From Octopus bimaculoides (Eukaryota): 64,000 nucleotides of DNA. Positions 38,049-50,813 of this stretch are shown piece by piece. A program made the position numbers and the translations under genes. Each line of letters opens with the position of its first letter. Within the stretch, counting starts at the first letter, position 1. Where the stretch lies: assembly GCF_001194135.2 (NCBI RefSeq), contig NC_068991.1, forward strand, positions 51,180,118-51,244,117. The letters are read 5' to 3'. The notes under the pieces were generated by a model. It did no database searches. It was not told the DNA's origin and saw nothing but the letters and a program-made list of their open reading frames with translations.

Positions 38049-40859
38049 TCACACGCACATACATACATCATTATGATTGGCTAGTATTCTTATTTAAACT
38101 TACTATGTACTATAGTATAATTGTGAGAAAAGTCTTTGATATACAGCTCTTTTATCATTAGTTTATATGACAGGTTTTTCAAAGAACCATATTTGACCAA
38201 AATGTTTTAAGTCCTTAAAGACTTATTACAATTCCTTTTCACTTGTTTCGCTTCTTTGGCAGTTAAACACTGGGCTCTATATATCTGAAAATTTTCTATT
38301 CAGTTTTCCTTGTGCTCATCTAAACTCTTTTAATTACTTTAATTAATCCTATGATAATTAAGATAATTTTAAAGACTTGATAAACTTCCTAAATTATTTC
38401 TACATTAATCAAGAAAACAATGTGTTTTCCTGAAATAACTTGTAACTCTTAATCAATATCCAACCAAATCTCTGGTTTAGGTTTTATTCAAGCTTGGAAG
38501 CATAAAAATATGTATATCCCACTCACCAACTCACCTGGAAGCTTTAATTTTTCTATGGCCCCCACTAGACATTATTAAAAAAAACAACATTACTTTAATT
38601 TTGTAATAAATGGTTAATAGTACTCACAGGTCACTTATGGAAGAATGAAAATCCTCTAATAAAAATAAATTTGGAAAATTTATTGAATAATAACAAAATT
38701 TTAAATATTAAGTGTTTTAAATTAGTTTTATTATCATGAAATTATTTCTGTAAATATTTAAAAACTGATAATTTGTAATGAAACTTTTTGGACAAAAAAA
38801 TTATAATAAATAAACATTGAAAAAAATTCTGTTATAACATTATAACAAAAGCACTTCAAATGACAACCAGAAAATTGATAACTTCTAAAAAAAAGAACAC
38901 AAAAATAAAATCCTCTTGGAAAATATAAGAAGTATATCATATTACTTTTTTACTATATTTATTCAATGAAATCCTTTTCGTTGATGCTATACCACAAGTT
39001 TTTCTATATCAGTCTGTGGTTTTTAGAGATGAACAGTAATTGCATCTACTTAGAATTTCTAAGCTTTTAAAATGTTACACCATTGTTCCAAAGTTCAACA
39101 AACTAATACATGCAATTACTCTTAGAGAGTGCTTCCAGGTATAGGAATCTGAAAGTAGTAACATACTTTTTTTTATTAGTACAAGACTTTCCAGTGTTAA
39201 CTTTGATATTATATTCATCAGTGATAAATTATTATTATTATTATTATTGAAGTGTCAAAAAATTAATTGTGTGTGTGCATACATTTTTGTGTTTATTTAT
39301 GTATGTGTGTGTGTTTTTAATGTAAATTTTAAAGAACAGTAATTGAAAATTTTAGGAAGAAACAGAATGGTAGTTATGTGGACCACTCCCCCTCTCAGCC
39401 CACCCAATTCCCAAATTTTTATGTGCCCCCCCCCCCCACTGAACTTTTCCATGGCTCCAGGCTGGGAAACACTGAGCTAGCTAATACATAGTATTTCTCT
39501 GTATTATATTTTAGCAAGGTCAGTATGAAGCAGCCACTATTAACCACTACTGCTGTTAAAACCCATTCTTATATTATTTTTCAAACCTTGAAACAGTTAT
39601 ATCGGGGAAAAAGCACTTCTCTTTGGCTTAATGAACGCCATGGCATGTTTTCAACAAGTGATGAGCCAAATATTTTATGGAATAACCTTAAATCTACCTT
39701 CTCATGCTTGTATGCAGTAACTCTATGGAAAACCATAATAGAAATCTACAGTTATTTCTGTTATTTGTCAAATCCCAGTTTAACACTTTTATGTAAAAAC
39801 TTTTTCCCGTTTGATCTCTATGACTTATCTTAGATATTCAATTGAAAACCACAAACTCACACTTGATCTGGGTTTATTGCTTCTTCATAACTGCTTTAAA
39901 GTTCTTTCTGTTTATAGAAAGGAAGTTGGGAAAGCATTGAGTGGCAAGTTTATGAAAAACAAATGGGTGGTACATTTTTTTCTGTTGAAGTAAGACCTTT
40001 AATCAAATGTAACACATTTTTTATTTGTCAAAAAGCTGTTCCTTTTCAAAAATATTCAGATCTGCATAGAAAATGCTTGCCACCATACTATTGAGAACTT
40101 CACTGTATTTACAGTTGAGATTAATGTATCAAATGTTGCTCTTGATGCAACATTATCACAAAAAGGCTGTCTTATATCTCTCTTTTTATCCTTTGTGTAC
40201 CTTTTCTGGAGGTGGATTCTTGTATCTTCCTATTAAAAAGGAAACTGCCACACTTATTTAATTTGAAACTATTTCCTAGAGAGATTCTTAAAACTCTTTT
40301 ACAAACCACAAAAACATCTAATTTATGATAGATAAACCTCAGAAATGTAAAATAAAGAATGATGAAATATTACATTGGACAAACGAACTGTGTTCTTATA
40401 GGTTTCAACATTTTCTACAGATGTGTGTAAAAGAGTTTGTATGTGCTCATATCTTGTCTCAAATGTGCTATTCTGCTCAGTGTACTCATTAGGTGTCACC
40501 CGGGTGTGAGAAGTTTGCATCATGTAAGAGAAAAAAGTCTTCAGTTTTCCACTGAAGTTTTTGCAGAATTTCTTATAGCTACATAAACTAAGACCTAAAC
40601 CTTACAATTATGTGGAACAAAACTCATTGTAAATGGTATTTAAGTTCAGACTGTAGAACATATCTCATTAAATTATGTGGGCTCTAAACAGTCAATATCT
40701 TGAAACAAATATCTCTTGGTGGTCATTGTCTTTTTGTTTTTCCTTATCTCAAACCATTGTGTAATATCTCAAAGAGCTGTTTACACCAGGTAGATTTCTC
40801 AGCATTAATCATAATGATAAAAAATCTCAAGTCATGTCCCTGGAAAGGTTATGTTTTCT

Positions 40860-41060
40860 GAAACATTAAGGAATTATGCAAAGTAGAACCACCCCTAACT
40901 GTCCTAGAAGAGATAGACATACAGTGTGAAAAAAATCTTTCAGCTAAAGCGTAAGTTGATATTATTGATATTGTTAGATTTAAAGTCATGGAATCTTGAA
41001 TTTCTTTGGGAAAAATGTCCTTTTTGAAGTGTTTCATCCAATTCATTCTTTCAACTGCCA
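40860..41060 (-). pseudogene. Possible hAT transposase C-terminal dimerisation domain remnant
   Basis: NWMKHFKKDIFPKEI...ISIISTYALAERFFS...RTVRGGSTLHNSLMF resembles WWK...FP.L..LA..L.IP.TSA..ER.FS...RSRL...LE.LMF. Confidence 0.45.
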
Positions 41061-42085
41061 CCAATGAGATACCCCATGAGCAGTTACTCATCATCTTCTC
41101 TTACTGCTTCTCTCTCTTACTTCTGATCCTATCCTTATAGAAATAAGTATAAGCCAATAAAGAGAAACATACCAAAACAATCATTTAGTTGAAGAAATTT
41201 AACTACTAGAATGTATTTTACAAGTTTGCCTTTGTTCAGTATTTGTCATGAGAATCATCCAATCATAAACCAATACAATCATACCTGAGCATTACTTCAC
41301 AACAGTCAATGCCAAAACCTACTTGAGAAAAGGGATTTCTGGACATAGCTATCAGAATTTAGGACTACATTCAGAGACTGCAACATAAACCATCTTGACT
41401 ACAAACTATAGATTTTGTAAGACCATATACACAAATACCACTTGTTACACTTGCTATTAGAAATTTCAGTGAAGTTTCTGATGGCAAGATTGGAAATTTA
41501 TGATAAATGACATTATTGTTCACAGATGCATGACATAAATAGTGTATGTGCATGTAAATAGCCTACATTTGAAACTGTCTGGCATATGAACCATATTTAA
41601 AACTCCATCATCATCCTTACGCCCTGAAACAGAAAGCTGTGTAGAAAAGTTGTGTTTAACATCAAAGTTACCTTCCATTGGCCTTTATTCTTACAGAGAT
41701 CTCAGTATTCACATTGATTCTGTATGAATGTCTGATTGAGTGAAGACCTATGAGCCGTATTTGGCTGCATAATTCGGCACTACATAATTCGGCCATGATC
41801 TACATTGAAACACATGTAAAAAGGCATAATTATATAATTTTCAACCAACTCTCTAGATTTTTTATCTATGCATCCATCTATTTGTCTGTCTATATTTGTA
41901 TAAAATAATAATATATAATATTAACACACACACACACACTACATGGATTCTGCAATCTAAATGTTTATCTTTTAGCAAACACTCCACATTAAACTAATAA
42001 ATTGAATGCATATTACAATTGTGTGAGGTGACCATGTAAAAAACAGTAGTCACCCAAAGCACATATCTACCTGTTTGATTGTCTC

Positions 42086-42181
<96 letters not shown>

Positions 42182-42188
42182 TTGTGTA

Positions 42189-42253
42189 TGCCACTTATCT
42201 AACTTGACAAGTGTCTTGCACAAAACTTTCAGGCCTTGAGTCACTTGCGTAAC
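42189..42253 (-). mobile_element. Short copy of the GTGACTCAAG MITE family
   Basis: aaactttcaggccttgagtcactt is the reverse complement of the 43081-43104 terminus. Confidence 0.7.
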
Positions 42254-42371
42254 TTTATACTGATTAAAAAATAACACTAATACACACACACATAAGCACA
42301 CACACAAGCACACACACACACACATGCACAATGTTCTAGTTTGCTTGAAAGGTTGTAGAATTTATAGAAAC

Positions 42372-42657
42372 CAGTGTTAAATAATGGCAAAGTAGTGGGA
42401 TCACTAAATACAAACAATAACAGTAACAAAGATATAAATATATTGCCATGGAAATATTTAATTAGTCCCAATATTTCAGGTAAATTGCCCCCTTTCAAGA
42501 GCAGTGTTCTCTTAACGGTTGTGAGAAGTATTTTGCCTGAAATATCTGAACTAATTAAATATTTCTAAGGTAACATTTCAATGTCTATATTATTGTTATT
42601 GTTCATATTTAATATTCCAACTATATTGCCATTGCTATAGGCTCCTATAAAACACTG
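42372..42657. mobile_element. Degenerate foldback MITE with CAGTGTT termini
   Basis: ~110-125 bp arms (cagtgtt..aatggcaa..aacaataac..gaaatatttaattagt..atatttcagg) pair imperfectly with 42533-42657. No TSD seen. Confidence 0.7.
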
Positions 42658-42922
42658 CGTGCGTATGTGTGTGTATATGCATGTGTGTATGTGTGTATTT
42701 ATATATATATATATATGAATACACACACACGTATATACATATATGTATATATACACACACACATATATATATACATACATACAAACATATATATATATAT
42801 ATATATACACATGAATAGATACATATATATATATATATATACATAAATATATACATATATATATATATACACACATACATGCATTCATATATATACCTAT
42901 ATATATAAACATATATATATGC

Positions 42923-42992
<70 letters not shown>

Positions 42993-43079
42993 ATGTGTAT
43001 AAACAGATAAGCATACAATACATAGATATATAGACATACAGGGAATGATATTTTTTTAGTTTCAATTGGCAGAAGTTAG

Positions 43080-43145
43080 AAAGTGACTCAAGGGCTGAAA
43101 GTTTCATGTTTCATGCATGGCACTTATTAAAACTTGAGTCACTTT
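43080..43145. mobile_element. 66-bp minimal copy of the GTGACTCAAG MITE
   Basis: Perfect 13-bp inverted ends aaagtgactcaag / cttgagtcacttt. Confidence 0.8.
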
Positions 43146-43784
43146 GTAAGTAGTACCAATTAACATATGTATATATATATATATATATATGTACATGAGC
43201 ACATGTACATGTATAAATCTATCCATCCATATATATATGTGTGTGTGTGTGTTTGTGTGTGTTTGTGTGTGTGCATGTATATATAAATATATATAATACA
43301 TATATACCTGTAGCTAGGCATAGCTATGTGTTTAATAATTTCACTTTGGAACCACAAGCTTTTGAGTATAGCTCCATCTTCTCATAGCTTCAGCATCTCT
43401 TAGGACTTGATTTGTTTGGCAGAAGCTGCAAGAACACGATTGTATATATTTTCATGTTTGTTTGTGTATGTGTGTGTGCACATATGTGTTTTATTAAATA
43501 CACATCTATTTTCAAGTTTTAATTTTTTTATTTTATACTTAACCATATTTTCTTCCATGTTTGTTGCTGTTGGTCTGGGACAGTAGAGCTCCTGAATCCA
43601 TCTCTGATGTTTCTCAACCATCCAACCAAATGTACAAAAGCTATCAAACAAATGTACACATAATAAAACCCTTCATAACATACAACACACAATACATCAC
43701 ATCCAGCCATTAACTCTAACTAATAATATCCTATAGATTTACCAAAAACTCCAAATTTTTCAGCTTAATGTTACATCACTGTTA

Positions 43785-44003
43785 TTGAGCTGGAAGAATT
43801 ATCAGCATGCTGGGCATAATGCTTAGTGGTATTCTGTCTGTCTCTTATGTTCTAAGCTGAAATTCCACTAAGGTTGGCTTTGCTTTTCACTCCTTTGGGG
43901 TTGAGGAAATATGTATCAGTCATGCACTGGGGTCGATGTAATCGACTATGTCCCTCTCCTAAAATTTTGGGTCTTGTGTCAAGAGTAGAAAGGACTATAA
44001 TAG
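43785..44003 (+). mobile_element. SINE family B
   Basis: tgagctggaagaattatcagcatgctgggc...gcactggggtcgatgtaatcgac...gtagaaaggactataat. Confidence 0.75.
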
Positions 44004-44062
44004 AACAGACATTATTACATAGATAGACACATGCACACACATACATACACACACTGCATATA

Positions 44063-44298
44063 AAGGGTGTTCCAAAAAGTCTATCTGCAGAGAATTTTCT
44101 TTCATCCTGTGCATCACCATGGTGCTACTTCAAGAATTTTTCGGTGAATGGATTATTTTGAAGGGACATTGGTCACCAAGATCACCTGATTTAACAGCGC
44201 CAGACATTTTTCTCTGGGGAACAAGTAAAGGATCAGTGTACAAGAATTGCCTGAAAACCATTAAATATTTACTGCGGAGAGACTTTTTGAACACCCTG
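44063..44298 (+). mobile_element. Internally deleted Tc1/mariner element (236 bp)
   Basis: TIRs agggtgttccaaaaagtct / agactttttgaacaccct, with TA on the left and TG on the right. The interior encodes HWSPRSPDLTAPDIFLWGTSKGSVY (cf. WPPRSPDLTPLDFFLWGYLK..VY). Confidence 0.88.
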
Positions 44299-44491
44299 TG
44301 TGTGTGCGTGTGTTTGTATAGAGAGAGAGTGAGAGACCAAAGTGTACATATGTCGCTATATGTTTTTATATATTAAAAATACAAAATGGGACAAGAACAC
44401 AAAACATCCAGGCAGTTAGGTGATACAAAAAAAGGGACAACAAAACATCCATATATATATTTGTGTGTACATATATATATGCATGTATGTA

Positions 44492-44542
<51 letters not shown>

Positions 44543-44589
44543 ACTTTCCCATCATTAGATGATGTATGAGGATTCAACAATTTCTTACC

Positions 44590-44755
44590 AAGCAATCAAA
44601 TGTCTGTGTAGACATAAGCTCACTCCTTCCATCAGATAGACATTACCTGTATAGGTGCAATGGGTGCCACCTGTCAGATGTCGAAATGATCGCAGAGCAA
44701 CGTGAAATGAAGTGCTTTGCTCAATAACATACTGCAACACCTGGTCTAGGAATCG
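44590..44755 (-). mobile_element. Degenerate SINE, same type as 11235-11447
   Basis: gaaatgatcgcagagcaacgtgaaatgaagtgctttgctcaa...ctggtctaggaatcg. Confidence 0.6.
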
Positions 44756-45591
44756 TATCTAATGTCTTCGTGGACAACATTTCTGACTATTCCTTCTGAA
44801 ATATGGAAATCTTTTACAATTGATCATGGGCTTTCTGGGATTCTAATCAATAGTCTGTTGAACTTGATGGATAAATTCAAGTGTTCTGATGATTTCAGAG
44901 CGTTTAGAATACTTTTAATGCTTTGATACTGGTGATAGGTTTCCATCTTCAGTCTCTAACTCCTTACAAACTTTGTAGATGAAAGATCTGGCAACTTTTA
45001 AAAATCAAGATATTTCTAAATCGCTATGCTCAGTTTTTATAACCACAATAACAGCTTGCCTCTTCATGTCTTGAGTAAGCTGAGAGTCTGCCATTATTAT
45101 TTTCTGAAACAAAGATTATACAGAGTTATCAAAAGTTACAACAATGACCCAAAAAAGGTATGTCCTCAAATACCTTATTCACCCTGTACATACATATGTA
45201 CACACACACACACACACACAAGGGTGTATATGTATATATGCGTATGGTACAGGAATAATGGCGTTTTAGCAAGATTCATTTTATAACTCTAAGGTTTTGT
45301 GTTCCATCCCTGTAGAGTACACTGGGTAGTAAGCATCTTCTACAGTACGGATAAGTTTTCCGCTGATCAATGTCTTGTAAGTGAAATTGGTTAATTGGAA
45401 CTGTATGGAAGCCTGCTTGTCTGAGTTGTTTTTCAACCCCATGATGTAAGGTTCACTTTGACTGCATGGCAAATGGTAGAGGTGGGAACATTTATTGCAC
45501 AAAATACAAACACAGACACACAAATACATACATACATGTAAATGAGGATGATAGGAGGATGATGATGATGATGGTGTTATATATATATACA

Positions 45592-45744
45592 ATGGGCTTC
45601 TTTCAGCTTCCATCTACTAAATTCACTCGTAAGGTTTTGGTCGGCCCGAGGTCATATAAGAAAAGACACATCCCCAAGGTGCCACACAGTGGGACTGAAC
45701 CCAGAAACATGTGGTTGGGAAGCAAGCTTCTTACCATACAGCCA
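45592..45744 (-). mobile_element. SINE family A, 5' half
   Basis: gggcttctttcag...ccaaggtgccacacagtgggactgaaccc...cttaccatacagccac. Confidence 0.8.
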
Positions 45745-46252
45745 CATGTGTGTGTTTTTGTGTGTGTACATGTGTGAATGTTTATTTTCTGCAGTTTTCT
45801 TGACCTTTACAACTTATGTAATGTTGTTCATTACTAAAGGTCAACCATGTTGACAATCCACTGTCAACAAATTGCCTGTGAGTTCTATGTTTTCAAATAG
45901 GTGTAGGCTGAAAAAAAAGATACCTTCCTTGTAAAACAGGTAAGGGTTAACAATAGGAAGGTTTAATTAAACAAATATTCACCAAATCAACGTAAAAAAA
46001 AAGCACATAAAATGAATGAACAACTAATGAATGTGTGTAGACGAGGAAATATTTATTTGCATGTATCTTCACAGGCCATAATTTTGTGCATTTATGTTTC
46101 TGGAAACAATATTTCCAGTAGATCATATACTGGCCTCAAAATGTCTCCTCCAACTGATGTCAACATGAAAAAAATGGTCATAAAAACAACAATGCGGATG
46201 TTGACTTGTGTGTATATGTGTATGTGTATACATGCATAAATATACACACATA

Positions 46253-46597
46253 TTCTTTTGCACATTTCAGTCATTTGGCTATGGCCATGCTGGAGCGCCA
46301 CTTTAAAGGGATTCAGTCGAACACAGTAATCCCAGGATTTCTTCTTTGTAAGCCTACTACTTATTCTATTGGTCTGTTTTGCTGAACCACTAAGTTACAG
46401 GGACATAAACACACCAGCATCTGTTGTCAAGCAATGGTGAGGGGAACAAACACAGACACAAAGACACACACATAAATATGTATACATATATGTATATATG
46501 ATATGACACTTTCAGTTTCCATCTACCAAATCCACTCACAAGGCTTTGGCCAGCCCAAGGCTGTAGTAGAAGACACTTGCCCAAGCTGCTACACAGT
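46253..46597 (-). mobile_element. SINE family A, 5'-truncated
   Basis: Collinear with 47015-47340. Confidence 0.8.
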
Positions 46598-47014
46598 GTA
46601 TCTTAATCAGGAATCATCATCATCATCATCATTTAACATCTGTTTTACTTGCAGACATTAATATATGTAAGCAAAAAAGCGACACTCACACTAACATCTA
46701 AACTATTGCCTCCTCTCAGCATCTCTGAATGCAGCAGCAGTTGGCCCGTGCTTGTCCTAAAATAAAGTGCGAATCAAGTACTAAGATTGATGACATCAAC
46801 TATTCCTCTTCCCCATAAATAATTTGATATTTCTTTCAATCAAGGATACTATGAAGTCCAATACATGACCTAACGTTTAATTTTCTCCAAAATCATCCTT
46901 CTGGGCTTCTCAGCATTGCATTCTCAATGTGTTCTTACTGTCTTTCCACTATTAAGCTGCTCTCCCTCAAATATTAATAAACTAAGCCAAATACCTAGAT
47001 TTTATCTTCTACTG

Positions 47015-47407
47015 TTCTTTTACTTGTTTCAGTCATTTGACCGCGGCCATGCTGGAGCACCACCTTTAGTCGAACAAATCGACCCCAGGACTTATTCTTT
47101 GTAAGCCTAGTACTTATTCTATCAGTCTCTTTTGCTGAACCGCTAAGTTACGGGTATGTAAACACACCAGCATCGATTGTCAAGCGATGGAGGGGGGACA
47201 AACACAGACACACAAATACACATACATATATATATATATACATATATACGACGGGTTTCTTTCAGTTTCCGCCTACCAAATCCACTCACAAGGCATTGGT
47301 CGGCCCGAGGCTATAGTAGAAGACACTTGCCCAAGGTGCCACGCAGTGGGACTGAACCCAGAACCATGTGGTTGGTAAGCAAGCTACTTACCACGCAGCC
47401 ACTCCTG
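47015..47407 (-). mobile_element. SINE family A, near full length and apparently young
   Basis: Reverse complement of 2614-3033, with its CpGs retained. Confidence 0.9.
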
Positions 47408-47529
47408 TTTGCTAACTAATGTTTTTACCTCTCAATAACAAACATAACTCAGTATCTTAGACCACATAACCCTCTGTAAGTACTGCCAAAAGTCTACAAC
47501 AATTTCTTTACTAACTCTTTATTCCTTAA

Positions 47530-47807
47530 CTCTTTAGCATTTAAAGTGGTCATATCTTGCCAAAATATTCCACCTGTTTAACATTCAAACTGGCCAGATC
47601 CGAACATTTAAACTGGTCATATCTCACTGAAGTATTCTATCTGTTTTAGGTTCAAACCAGCCAGATCTGGCCCCTCACACCTATCCTACAATGTCATTCT
47701 GAAAATAAGCAATCACAACATTGAAATCTCAAAACTATGAGATAATGCATGATTAATTCAGGACAAAATGTGAATCAATAAGCATTACATTTGACAAAGT
47801 AAAAGGG
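47530..47807 (+). mobile_element. TTAA-flanked piggyBac-like MITE with an internal ~68-bp tandem duplication
   Basis: TTAA at 47526-47529 and 47808-47811. The segment catttaaa.tggtcatatct...ttcaaac..gccagatc occurs twice. Confidence 0.75.
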
Positions 47808-48115
47808 TTAAAGTCTGATGTAGTTTTGATATCTAAATATAAACACTTGCTTTTTCTTTTTCCTTTTATTCCTCTCTTTGTTTTTCCTAAATATGCTCCT
47901 TTTTGCTTTAAAGAGTCTCTTAAACATACATTTTGGTGAACTCCTGCAAAAATGAATTAATGGCCTTTATGTTATCCACAAAAATTGCTGTTTTTGCACA
48001 AGCAAAAAATATGTAGACCCTTTGCCTTGTTTCACTATCCATTATTTCATTTTCAAATAGTTTTTTGGCAGATATAATCTGAGTTTTGTTATAAATGGGT
48101 TGACTTTTAAATATT

Positions 48116-48149
<34 letters not shown>

Positions 48150-48262
48150 ACAAAGGTGCATCCATCACCATTTTCATCCACATATTTACTGTAATCATTG
48201 TCATCATCATCATCAACGTCATTATCATTATTATAATTATTACTATCATTATTATTATTATA

Positions 48263-48402
48263 TTCAAAGTTAGTCGAGTTTGACTTTGCTTTTCATCCTT
48301 TTGGAGACAATAAAATAAGTACCAGTTGAGAGCACTGGGGTTGATGTAATCAATTTACTCCCTCCCTCAAAACTTCAGGCCTCATGCCAAAAATTTGAAA
48401 TC
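48263..48402 (+). mobile_element. SINE family B, 3' fragment, followed by a (CCT)n(CAT)n tract to ~48496
   Basis: gactttgcttttcatcc...aagtaccagttgagagcactgggg...aaaatttgaaa. Confidence 0.7.
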
Positions 48403-48445
48403 ATTTTTATCCTCCCCCTCCTCCTCCTCCTCCTCCTCCTCCTCC

Positions 48446-48497
<52 letters not shown>

Positions 48498-50298
48498 TCA
48501 TGGTATGCATGAATGTGTTACATTCAAAATCAATAACTTCGATACCGAGTCACAACCAGTTCCCTTAGATATCAAGGACCTTTCTTACAATCTTTACAAT
48601 CTTACAATCCAGTTATCATCATCATCATCTTCATTATTGTATTTATATTCAGTCAAAGTTGACTTTGCCTTTCATCCCTTTGGAATCGATATAATACGTA
48701 CTTGTTTCCCCACCCTGGTCTAACCTCTTCTCGTTTGCCACTTAATTGGCATAATGGCAATATACCCTTGTTAGCTACATCTGTTCAGTTTGTTCTTATA
48801 GTTTGGTCTTTGGTGCCATTGTTGTATTTTCTGAATGTGGGGCTTCTCAAATATGTTGTTGTGTCACTACATGCAGTATTGAAATATAATGCAGAAGACA
48901 AGCTTATATGTGCATACACACATGTGTGTGCATACACACACGCACAAACACACAAACGCACACACATGCTTATACATGCATGCATATGTAACCACATGCA
49001 TATATACTTGCGTGTATATATGCATGTTTTCATGCATGAGAATATAAACATGGCTATGTGTAGATATGTGTGTGTGTGCATGCCCGGGTGTGTGTGTGTG
49101 TGTGTGTGTATGCATATATTTCATTTTTTCTGCATAAAATTTCTTTGCCGTTCACTATGTATTTACATTATTTATTTCAATAACACAATGAATGATACAC
49201 AAGCTTTTTCCCATGAATTTTTATATTCCCATATACTGTTCCTTGTACTTCAGAATATATAAAAATCCCCTGCCCACCCACATGCCCATCCCTCTCTTAA
49301 TGTATTTGTCTGTATAGAGCCTGACAAAGCAATGCACAATAGTTGTTTTCTCATCAATTCTNNNNNNNNNNNNNNNNNNNNNNNNNNNNNNNNNNNNNNN
49401 NNNNNNNNNNNNNNNNNNNNNNNNNNNNNNNNNNNNNNNNNNNNNNNNNNNNNNNNNNNNNNNNNNNNNNNNNNNNNNNNNNNNNNNNNNNNNNNNNNNN
49501 NNNNNNNNNNNNNNNNNNNNNNNNNNNNNNNNNNNNNNNNNNNNNNNNNNNNNNNNNNNNNNNNNNNNNNNNNNNNNNNNNNNNNNNNNNNNNNNNNNNN
49601 NNNNNNNNNNNNNNNNNNNNNNNNNNNNNNNNNNNNNNNNNNNNNNNNNNNNNNNNNNNNNNNNNNNNNNNNNNNNNNNNNNNNNNNNNNNNNNNNNNNN
49701 NNNNNNNNNNNNNNNNNNNNNNNNNNNNNNNNNNNNNNNNNNNNNNNNNNNNNNNNNNNNNNNNNNNNNNNNNNNNNNNNNNNNNNNNNNNNNNNNNNNN
49801 NNNNNNNNNNNNNNNNNNNNNNNNNNNNNNNNNNNNNNNNNNNNNNNNNNNNNNNNNNNNNNNNNNNNNNNNNNNNNNNNNNNNNNNNNNNNNNNNNNNN
49901 NNNNNNNNNNNNNNNNNNNNNNNNNNNNNNNNNNNNNNNNNNNNNNNNNNNNNNNNNNNNNNNNNNNNNNNNNNNNNNNNNNNNNNNNNNNNNNNNNNNN
50001 NNNNNNNNNNNNNNNNNNNNNNNNNNNNNNNNNNNNNNNNNNNNNNNNNNNNNNNNNNNNNNNNNNNNNNNNNNNNNNNNNNNNNNNNNNNNNNNNNNNN
50101 NNNNNNNNNNNNNNNNNNNNNNNNNNNNNNNNNNNNNNNNNNNNNNNNNNNNNNNNNNNNNNNNNNNNNNNNNNNNNNNNNNNNNNNNNNNNNNNNNNNN
50201 NNNNNNNNNNNNNNNNNNNNNNNNNNNNNNNNNNNNNNNNNNNNNNNNNNNNNNNNNNNNNNNNNNNNNNNNNNNNNNNNNNNNNNNNNNNNNNNNNN

Positions 50299-50346
<48 letters not shown>

Positions 50347-50374
50347 ATATATGTGTATATATATGTATATATAT

Positions 50375-50683
50375 TTAAAGAAGAATGTTAAGATCGAGAA
50401 GGGGTATGACAAGGACCTTTTTGTGTGCACAGTCTGTGACAGACCATGCCTGTCTTTGGCTGGCCTCAAATCTCACCTGCGAACCCATGGAAAACAAACC
50501 TCTACCAACTATTCTGACTATATGTCTGTACACACGATTGAATGTTGTGTATGCCACAAGGCTTGCAAATCCAATGGGGCTCTTAAAAGACATGTTATGA
50601 TCCACAATGAGCAGAACTTATCTGCAGGTATTGATGGTTCAAATCAGAGGTGCAATCTGTGTGGGTGTTTTTTCAGAACATTG
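50375..50683 (+). CDS. Stop-free ORF segment with C2H2 zinc fingers (two complete, one cut by a gap); LINE C-terminus or host ZNF exon
   Basis: FVCTVCDRPCLSLAGLKSHLRTH, ECCVCHKACKSNGALKRHVMIH and RCNLCGCFFRTL. The linkers are long and not TGEKP. A microsatellite and gap lie on the left, and a gap on the right. Confidence 0.7.
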
Positions 50684-50694
50684 TNNNNNNNNNN

Positions 50695-50726
<32 letters not shown>

Positions 50727-50813
50727 AAGAGAGATGGGTTTGGTGATGCAAACAAGAAAAATAGAACTCAAAACATGAGTGTGTGTGTATATATATATTA
50801 ATATTACGCAGGA

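Noticed and set aside
39525-39833. 102-aa plus ORF and a minus frame with WRSLSQREVL resembling the hAT RWLS motif
   Set aside because: The order relative to the dimerisation-like segment at 40.9 kb is wrong for a single hAT and the match is too short.
43544-43640. Possible 97-nt minus-strand exon (SFCTFGWMVEKHQRWIQELYCPRPTATNMEENM) with ag/gt borders
   Set aside because: Weak splice context, no recognised homology and no phase-compatible partner exon found. It is worth only an RNA-seq look.
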